Positions 19,440-25,827 of a stretch of DNA of 34,489 nt are shown piece after piece. This DNA is from a virus (lineage: Duplodnaviria > Heunggongvirae > Uroviricota > Caudoviricetes): positions 1 through 34,489 of the IMG/VR virus record IMGVR_UViG_2671180921_000023, one strand, 5' to 3'. The number at the start of each line of letters is the position of its first letter. Position 1 is the stretch's first letter. The position numbers were made by a program, and so were the translations under genes. Below the pieces are notes generated by a model. The model was not told the origin of the DNA, ran no database searches, and saw nothing but the letters and a program-made list of their open reading frames with translations.

Positions 19440-21182
19440 ATGATTCAGGACGCATTCATCAGGCTGCGGGCAAAACAGCTTTACTGGCAGGGCTACCCGC
19501 CCGCTGAAATATCGCGGCTGATGGGTATCAGTCAGAACACGATTTATTCGTGGAAAAAGCGCGACGGATGGGATGAAACGCCGCCCGTGGAGCGGGTCAC
19601 GCAGTCGATTGATGCGCGACTGGTTCAGCTGACCTCAAAAGCTGAAAAGAGCGGCGGTGATTTTAAGGAAATCGACCTGCTGACACGCCAGCTCGCAAAA
19701 CTGAATGACAACAGGGGCGGAGCGGAAAAAAGCCCGCGAAAACGAAAGCTGAAAAACCATTTTTCCGAATCGCAGGTTGCCGCACTGCGCGAACACATCA
19801 CCGGTCAACTGGCAGAGCATCAGAGACGCTGGTATGAGGCACTGGACGTCTGCCGTCGTGCCGGTGTTGATATTCGCATCATTGTGAAATCCCGACAGAT
19901 AGGCGCGACCTGGTATTTTGCGCAGGAGGCACTGCTGCGTGCGCTGGATGAGAGCGTGAAATATCCGTACCAGCGAAACCAGATTTTTTTGTCAGCCTCA
20001 CGCCGTCAGGCCTTTCAGTTTAAAAGCGTGATTCAGAAGGCGGCACAGGCTGTGGACGTCGAGCTGAAAGGCGGTGACAAAATTGTGCTTTCTAACGGCG
20101 CGGAACTGCATTTTCTGGGGACATCCGCCGCGACTGCGCAGTCCTATACGGGCAATCTGTATTTTGACGAATTTTTCTGGGTGTCGAACTTCATCACGCT
20201 GCGCAAGGTCGCAGGCGCGATGGCCACGCTGAATGGCCTGACGCAGACCTACTTTTCCACGCCGTCATCGGAGATGCACGAGGCGTTTCAGTTCTGGAAC
20301 GGCGCGCGGTGGAATGCCGGGCGACCACGCAGTGAGCGCCGGGAGATTGATGTGTCCCATCATGCTCTGAAGAGTGGGGTGCTGTGCCCCGACAGCGCGT
20401 GGCGACAAATCGTGACGATTCAGGATGCGGTGGACCTGGGCTGGACGCTCACCAGTATCGACAAAATCCGCAACATGAACTCGCCGGATGAGTTCCGCAA
20501 TCTCTACATGTGCGAGTTTGTCAGCGACGGCGAATCCGCCTTCGACCTTAATGCCCTGCTGGGCTGTGGTGTGGACGGCTATGATGAGTGGAATGACTGG
20601 AAACCGTTCGCAGCACGTCCGGTGGGTAATCGTCCGGTGTGGATTGGCTACGACGCTAACGGCAGCAGCGGTAACGGCGACAGCGGGGCGCTGTCTGTTG
20701 TTGTTCCGCCTGCTGTCAGGGGCGGCAAATTCCGCACGGTGGAGACGTTACAGGTGCAGGGGCTGGAATTTGAAGAGCAGGCCCGTGTGATTGAGCAGTT
20801 CACGCACAAATACAACGTCCAGCACATTGGTATCGACGTGACCGGCGGTAACGGTGAGGCGGTGTACCAGATAGTGCGGCGGTTCTGGCCTGCCGCCGTG
20901 CCGTACACGTTCACACTGGCATCCAAACGCGCGCTTGTGCTGAAGATGTTGCAGATTATTCGTGCGGGGCGCTGGGAGTATGACCGGGGCGAACGTGAGC
21001 TGGTCAGGGCATTCAACGCTGTGCGCAAGGCAAAAACGGCGGGTGGGGCAATAACGTATGAAACAGACCGCACACGCGGCGTGAACCACGGCGACCTCGC
21101 GTGGGCAACCATGCTTGCCGTCATTAACGAGCCGCTGGGCGATGAGGACGGTGCTACAGGAATGCGGGTGATTGAGTTCTGA
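19440..21182 (+). CDS. P: Terminase large (ATPase) subunit gpP
   Basis: P2 gpP-like. ATG 19440 preceded by AGGAGG; the ORF-track start at 19428 is a GTG inside the RBS. Confidence 0.9.
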   Translation: MIQDAFIRLRAKQLYWQGYPPAEISRLMGISQNTIYSWKKRDGWDETPPVERVTQSIDARLVQLTSKAEKSGGDFKEIDLLTRQLAKLNDNRGGAEKSPRKRKLKNHFSESQVAALREHITGQLAEHQRRWYEALDVCRRAGVDIRIIVKSRQIGATWYFAQEALLRALDESVKYPYQRNQIFLSASRRQAFQFKSVIQKAAQAVDVELKGGDKIVLSNGAELHFLGTSAATAQSYTGNLYFDEFFWVSNFITLRKVAGAMATLNGLTQTYFSTPSSEMHEAFQFWNGARWNAGRPRSERREIDVSHHALKSGVLCPDSAWRQIVTIQDAVDLGWTLTSIDKIRNMNSPDEFRNLYMCEFVSDGESAFDLNALLGCGVDGYDEWNDWKPFAARPVGNRPVWIGYDANGSSGNGDSGALSVVVPPAVRGGKFRTVETLQVQGLEFEEQARVIEQFTHKYNVQHIGIDVTGGNGEAVYQIVRRFWPAAVPYTFTLASKRALVLKMLQIIRAGRWEYDRGERELVRAFNAVRKAKTAGGAITYETDRTRGVNHGDLAWATMLAVINEPLGDEDGATGMRVIEF

Positions 21183-22225
21183 TGAAAAAACAAAAACGAA
21201 AATATTCGCGCCGCGATGACGGCGTGGCGCTGGCAGAGGCACTGCGCCGCCAGCCGTCGTTAAGCGCCTTCTCGTTCGACGGCCCTTACGATGCGCACGC
21301 ACTCGACCTGCTGGATAACGCATACTGTCTGAGTAACGGCAGATACTACGAAACGCCCGTTGACTGGTACGGACTGGCGCGGGCATCCCGGCAGACCTCG
21401 TGGCACCAGTCGGCGCTGTACTTCAAGCGGAATGCCCTTCTGGGCTGCTTCATTCCGCACCGGCTGTTGTCCCGGCAGGCGTTCTCCGCCTTTGCGCTGG
21501 ACTGGTTTGTGTTCGGGAATGCGTTTCTTGAACTGCGCACCAACAGGCTGGGCGGAAAGCTGGAACTGCGGCACGCGCTGGCGAAGTACACCCGCCGAGG
21601 TGTGGAACCGGATGTGTACTGGTTTGTGCAGACGGGGGAGCAGGATCACGAGTTCCGTCAGGGGCGCGTCTGTCACGTCATGAATCCCGACATCAACCAG
21701 GAAGTTTACGGGATGCCGGAATACCTCGGCGGCCTGCTGTCTGCCAGTCTGTCTCACTCGGCGGACCGCTTCCGCAAACTCTACTATGACAACGGTTCAC
21801 ACGCAGGCTGCATCATTTACGTGGGGGCTGCACAGGTTGACCGCGAAAGCATGCAGGCACTCGAAAACGCATTACAGGGCGCAAGAGGCGGCGGGGCATT
21901 CAAAAACCTGCTGCTCCAGGCACCGAACGGCGGGAAGGACGGCGTGCAGATCCTGCCGTTTCAGCAGATCACCGCACGGGATGAGTTCATCAACGTGAAG
22001 ACCGCCTCACGTGATGATGTGCTGGCCGCTCACCGCGTACCGCCACAGCTGATGGGCGCAATGCCTGGTGGGGCCGGTTCTTTTGGTGATGTGGAGAAGG
22101 CGGCAAGAGTGTTCGCAATCAACGAACTGATCCCCGTCATGGAGGCGATGAAACACGTCAATGACTGGCTGGGTGAGGAGGTGATCCGCTTTAATCCCTA
22201 CGCACTGCTTGATGCGTCAGCCTGA
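21182..22225 (+). CDS. Q: Portal (capsid vertex) protein gpQ
   Basis: 347 aa, P2 gpQ-like; ATG overlaps the P stop. Confidence 0.9.
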   Translation: MKKQKRKYSRRDDGVALAEALRRQPSLSAFSFDGPYDAHALDLLDNAYCLSNGRYYETPVDWYGLARASRQTSWHQSALYFKRNALLGCFIPHRLLSRQAFSAFALDWFVFGNAFLELRTNRLGGKLELRHALAKYTRRGVEPDVYWFVQTGEQDHEFRQGRVCHVMNPDINQEVYGMPEYLGGLLSASLSHSADRFRKLYYDNGSHAGCIIYVGAAQVDRESMQALENALQGARGGGAFKNLLLQAPNGGKDGVQILPFQQITARDEFINVKTASRDDVLAAHRVPPQLMGAMPGGAGSFGDVEKAARVFAINELIPVMEAMKHVNDWLGEEVIRFNPYALLDASA

Positions 22226-22251
22226 CGCGCTCCGCTTGTCTGCTGCTTCGC

Positions 22252-22276
22252 CGGGGCATAAAAAATTTATGCCCCG
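22252..22276. repeat. Near-perfect 25-bp palindrome immediately after Q (cggggcataaaaaatttatgccccg)
   Basis: Perfect inverted arms ggggcataaa/tttatgcccc; no T-run follows, so it may be a protein-binding site rather than a terminator. Confidence 0.5.
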
Positions 22277-22597
22277 ACTCACCAGCTCCGGTGTGTCACG
22301 CACCAGGCATCTCAGGGATCTACAGGTTGAATAACCTGTCAGCACACGCCGCACCAAAGCGCATCACAGGGCGTGTGATGCATCAGCCCATACTTCACAC
22401 ACAACCAATAAAACATCGCGTCAGGGGCGCAATCAGCCGCATTTCTGGCGATTTCTGGGGATGCTTTCAGACCCCAAATTGCGGGCTGTTCCCCCGGCAC
22501 CCGCGCGCAACAAAAACGCGTTTTTTTGTGCACGCACGGATCCTCGACGGATCCAGCCGCTACGCGGGCTTAATGGCAAAAAATATGGCTGAAAAAA

Positions 22598-22624
22598 TTG
22601 TGCAAATTTGTGCACTATTGTGCA
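22598..22624. repeat. Three direct TTGTGCA repeats at exact 10-bp spacing; candidate protein-binding array in the presumed cos region
   Basis: TTGTGCA at 22598, 22608 and 22618; a fourth copy at 22526-22532. Lies in the convergent gap downstream of Q where P2-family cos is expected. Confidence 0.4.
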
Positions 22625-22664
22625 GCAGGGTGATGTGTGATTATCGCCCTGGTTTGTCGAGGAT

Positions 22665-23204
22665 CTAATAATCTTCTGTCTCCTGCCACGAGACTTTTCC
22701 GCCTGCCTTTATGATGGCTCGCTCAACATCCCGTTCGTATCGCAAAGGCTGGAATACGCCGTTAATGAAATACTCCTTTGGGTCCGGGATCGATACGGTA
22801 AATTTGTCATTCTCTGGTTTTGGTATTGGTGAGACTGGATGCTCGTTTTTGGCAAGTTTTTTTATGACTCCCTCGTATTTTTCTTTTGTACATTGCATCG
22901 CCTCTTCAAAAGAAAGCGCTTTGTTACGCATTAACACGGCGTACTTTAGTGCATCCTGTGCTTTCTGGAATTTAAGTGCATAGTCAGTGGCGATTTTTTC
23001 CAGTTCAGCAGCCCGCCTTCGAAGCCCTTCAATCTCACCATTGCGGGCGATGAGGTTGCAGCACATTCTTTCATTCTCATCCAGCAACGCCAGCACAACC
23101 GATGGTGTCACCTGTTCATGGAAAATATCCGCATCATATCCCCAGTCATCATGTATTGCCTGCTCTGCCGCTTCACGCAGTGCCTGATAGTCAATCTTGC
23201 TCAT
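22665..23204 (-). CDS. Hypothetical phage protein, possibly Ead/Ea22-like
   Basis: 179 aa; N-terminus MSKIDYQALREAAE and motif PSVVLALLDE. Last gene of the accessory operon; 4-nt overlap with the upstream gene. Confidence 0.45.
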   Translation of the reverse strand: MSKIDYQALREAAEQAIHDDWGYDADIFHEQVTPSVVLALLDENERMCCNLIARNGEIEGLRRRAAELEKIATDYALKFQKAQDALKYAVLMRNKALSFEEAMQCTKEKYEGVIKKLAKNEHPVSPIPKPENDKFTVSIPDPKEYFINGVFQPLRYERDVERAIIKAGGKVSWQETEDY

Positions 23205-23725
23205 TGGATGACTCCTTTGTGTTGCGTCAGCTCTTCCTGTGCCTGCATCATGCGATTGACCTGAACGCGTGTGCGTCGAACGGAAAAAACAAACAGATTC
23301 AAAAGGCGGCGCATCTCTTTGTCCTCATGTCGCGCATGACGGATAAAGGCAAGTCGGTAGAACTCGGATTCGGCAGCGCGTTGAATCAACGACAGAGCAA
23401 AGTGAAGTGCGGGTCTGGTGCATTTTGCACATCTGGCGGCAAGCTCTGGCATCAATCTCTTAACGAAGGTGTTTTGCACCGCTTTGTTGAGACGCACCTG
23501 CATCCGAAGCGCAAAGGCCAGCGAACGCATGAGCCGGATTGCGTCGGGCAACGGCAGATAGATCATGCTGGCGGTTTTGGGTAGCGGATGAATCATTTTT
23601 ACGGAGATGCGATTGCGCAGCGTTCGAAACATCGTGCTCCCGACAACAGACTCCACGGAGATGGGGCAGGGAGCCATACCAACCCGCAACGCGTTCGTCA
23701 TGAACAGATATTCATCTTTTTTCAT
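23201..23725 (-). CDS. Hypothetical protein (174 aa), accessory operon
   Basis: Start chosen at ATG 23725 (MKKDEYLF) with AAGGA RBS. A GTG start at 23788 would abut the upstream stop. No recognisable domain. Confidence 0.4.
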   Translation of the reverse strand: MKKDEYLFMTNALRVGMAPCPISVESVVGSTMFRTLRNRISVKMIHPLPKTASMIYLPLPDAIRLMRSLAFALRMQVRLNKAVQNTFVKRLMPELAARCAKCTRPALHFALSLIQRAAESEFYRLAFIRHARHEDKEMRRLLNLFVFSVRRTRVQVNRMMQAQEELTQHKGVIQ

Positions 23726-23788
23726 CGTGTTTTCCTTAGTGCGGGGCGACAGTGCCCCGATAAAATTAAAAGCCGTCAAACTCGTCAC

Positions 23789-24121
23789 TCATCTTCCTAC
23801 TCCCTGCGTTCCTTGTTTTTCGCGGATAACTTCGTTGCACAGTTCCACACACTCGTCGCAGATGAAAACGTCGTCCCCGGCAATTAACTGTTTGACGGCG
23901 TGCTGTGGTTTCTTGCAGAAGCTGCAATAAAGCGTTTGCCTGACAGATACGGATGATGTGTAGGATGTCAGCCTCGCGATGTCGTTCTTGCGGCGCAACA
24001 TCACACGGCAGCACTCAACCAGTTTCTCCGGGGCGATTTCTTCCTCTGTGGCGAGCGCCTCCAGTCGTTCGAGTATGTGGAAGGCTTTTTCCTCGGTAAT
24101 TGCAGAATGCGATGTGGTCAT
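23789..24121 (-). CDS. Small protein with a C-terminal ClpX-type C4 zinc-binding domain
   Basis: C-terminal [39 protein letters not shown] closely resembles the ClpX N-terminal zinc-binding domain. Start at ATG 24121 with AAGGAG RBS. Confidence 0.65.
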   Translation of the reverse strand: MTTSHSAITEEKAFHILERLEALATEEEIAPEKLVECCRVMLRRKNDIARLTSYTSSVSVRQTLYCSFCKKPQHAVKQLIAGDDVFICDECVELCNEVIREKQGTQGVGR

Positions 24122-24132
24122 CTCTTTCTCCT

Positions 24133-24333
24133 TCAAAGTTCAGTGTGCTGACAGAGGTGTCCTTTGCGACAGACCAGGACGCTTCCCTTACTTGAGTCGG
24201 TGATTGTCACCGTGCCGTCATCGCACTGGACAACGATGACGGTGTTGCTCTTTTCCGTTGCGCAGTTCGGCGTGGTTGAATGCGCCAACGGAATGAAAAA
24301 CAGCGAAAAAAGTAATGTCAGTCTTTTCATCAT
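24133..24333 (-). CDS. Small secreted cysteine-containing protein (66 aa) with N-terminal signal peptide
   Basis: [19 protein letters not shown] signal-like N-terminus; short Cys-containing mature part; overlaps the start of the ClpX-ZBD gene. Confidence 0.4.
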   Translation of the reverse strand: MMKRLTLLFSLFFIPLAHSTTPNCATEKSNTVIVVQCDDGTVTITDSSKGSVLVCRKGHLCQHTEL

Positions 24334-24407
24334 GGATGCCTCATGCTTACTGTTCTGAAGGCATGACGCACTAAATAAAACAGTCCGCCATGCCTTATCA
24401 CGTCGCC

Positions 24408-24719
24408 TTATTCGGGGAATAAGGCCCTGATGTTTGCGGCCATCTGGCTGGGTGTCTGCACCTCTGGCGCAACCTGTACTTTGGGGCTTTCCGCCCTGAG
24501 CTGTGTCACGGGTAACGGCTCATCGTCAGCCCATGCAGCCAGCCGGTAAGCCTCTGCCGGATTCGTCTTCAGAAGTGCCAGCCCGGCCAGAAAAGCCACA
24601 CGTTGCCCGCTTTTGCGGGCTTCCGGTGTAAGGCTGTCCAGCCAGGCACATGCTTCGTTTTCGTTCTTGACTGCGGCTGGCTTCAGATAGAAACTTATCC
24701 GCCTGGTTGATGTTGTCAT
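24408..24719 (-). CDS. parR: ParR/StbB-like partition adaptor
   Basis: 103 aa, immediately downstream of parM; N-terminal RISFYLKPAAVKNE ... AFLAGLALL resembles plasmid R1 ParR. Confidence 0.65.
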   Translation of the reverse strand: MTTSTRRISFYLKPAAVKNENEACAWLDSLTPEARKSGQRVAFLAGLALLKTNPAEAYRLAAWADDEPLPVTQLRAESPKVQVAPEVQTPSQMAANIRALFPE

Positions 24720-24723
24720 TGGT

Positions 24724-25683
24724 TCACTCCCTGTTCATGTCATGGAGTCCATTAACCAGGGCAAACTGTGGCTCCGGTGTTGTGTGAATGTTTGCGTTGA
24801 GGCCGTAAGCGTCATGTACCGCCGGAGCCACAATCTCCGCCCCTCCACCGACAATCATCACCCGACCGTATCCCGAAAAGCCCGCCAGTGCGCGGATCAC
24901 GCGTTGTTTCAGTGTTTCTTCCTTTTCACGAATAACCGCCATCAGGCTGGCGTAATGCGCGTCATTGTGGATGTGCTGGCGCAGCCAGGCTTCATCGTGG
25001 CGATGTTCGATAATGGTATTGGCGATGTGGTGACTGGTACGCATACCGTTAGTGGCCATCACCGACAGTACGGCATCGGTCATCAGTGAAACGCCTACGT
25101 GTGGATCGCAAAATACCTGGCTGATGCCTGCCAGTTGCCCCTGAACCTTTGCCACATCCAGCGTGGTTCCGCCTAAATCCACAATCAGCAGGGATTCAAA
25201 CGGACTCATGTCAGCCAGTGCTTTAAAACCAGCCGGAATGGATTCAGGCATAACCCGTACGTTACGGATAGTGAATGCTTTTCCGTTCTGGTACGCCACC
25301 GGGCGCATGACGTTTGCTTTTTTGCGGTTGATGTTGGCCATGTCCGGCTGTGCGTTTGTGTCGAAATACTCGCTCAGTGGCAGGGTGACAACCACATCCA
25401 CTTCCTGTGGTGTGATGCCTGATTTGACCAGCGCGTGATGAATGGCAATGACATTCACATCGCTGTACTGGTATTGCGTGTCGGTCGTCTGGACAAAGCG
25501 ATCGCTGACCGGATCAAAACCATAGCGCACGCCATCAAGCATGTAGTTCGCGGGCTGCGTGCCACCGAACGGCGCAGACCATTCCGACTTGAAGCTGTTC
25601 GGGCTGATGGCGTTGCGGCGTTCGCCGTTCTCAGTCCATGCCAGCTTGATGTTGGTGGAGCCGTCATCGATACAAATTTTCAT
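24724..25683 (-). CDS. parM: ParM/StbA actin-like segregation ATPase
   Basis: 319 aa with ParM phosphate-binding motifs: IDDGSTNIKL, FTIRNVRVMPESIPAG, LLIVDLGGTTLDV, VMIVGGGAE. Co-linear with R1 ParM. Confidence 0.85.
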   Translation of the reverse strand: MKICIDDGSTNIKLAWTENGERRNAISPNSFKSEWSAPFGGTQPANYMLDGVRYGFDPVSDRFVQTTDTQYQYSDVNVIAIHHALVKSGITPQEVDVVVTLPLSEYFDTNAQPDMANINRKKANVMRPVAYQNGKAFTIRNVRVMPESIPAGFKALADMSPFESLLIVDLGGTTLDVAKVQGQLAGISQVFCDPHVGVSLMTDAVLSVMATNGMRTSHHIANTIIEHRHDEAWLRQHIHNDAHYASLMAVIREKEETLKQRVIRALAGFSGYGRVMIVGGGAEIVAPAVHDAYGLNANIHTTPEPQFALVNGLHDMNRE

Positions 25684-25714
25684 GTCGCTTTTCCTTATGT
25701 TGATTAATTAATCG

Positions 25715-25827
25715 TTTACGGGATTCTGAAATCCCGTTTTTGCCTGTTTTGTGCGCGCTTCATATATCGCTGCGCGTTTTTTGCTCATTTACGGGATTCG
25801 TGAGTCCCGTTTCTGTCTGTTTTTTGT
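25715..25827. repeat. Two 40-bp direct repeats, each a hairpin plus T-run; candidate parC centromere/promoter or origin-associated element
   Basis: Copy 1 at 25715-25753 (intergenic, upstream of parM); copy 2 at 25788-25827 (inside the last codons of gene A). Each has an ACGGGATT-type 8-bp stem. Confidence 0.5.

Noticed and set aside
22537-22560. Paired GGATCC (BamHI-like) palindromes as possible cloning scars or engineered sequence
   Set aside because: No other vector-like sequence, the context is a natural phage cos-type region, and palindromes are expected at terminase recognition sites.
24724-25683. Possibility that the actin-like ATPase is part of a defence system rather than a partition system
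   Set aside because: Motif-level collinearity with plasmid R1 ParM, plus a ParR-like gene immediately downstream and upstream repeats, makes a segregation cassette the parsimonious reading; defence role left as an untested alternative.
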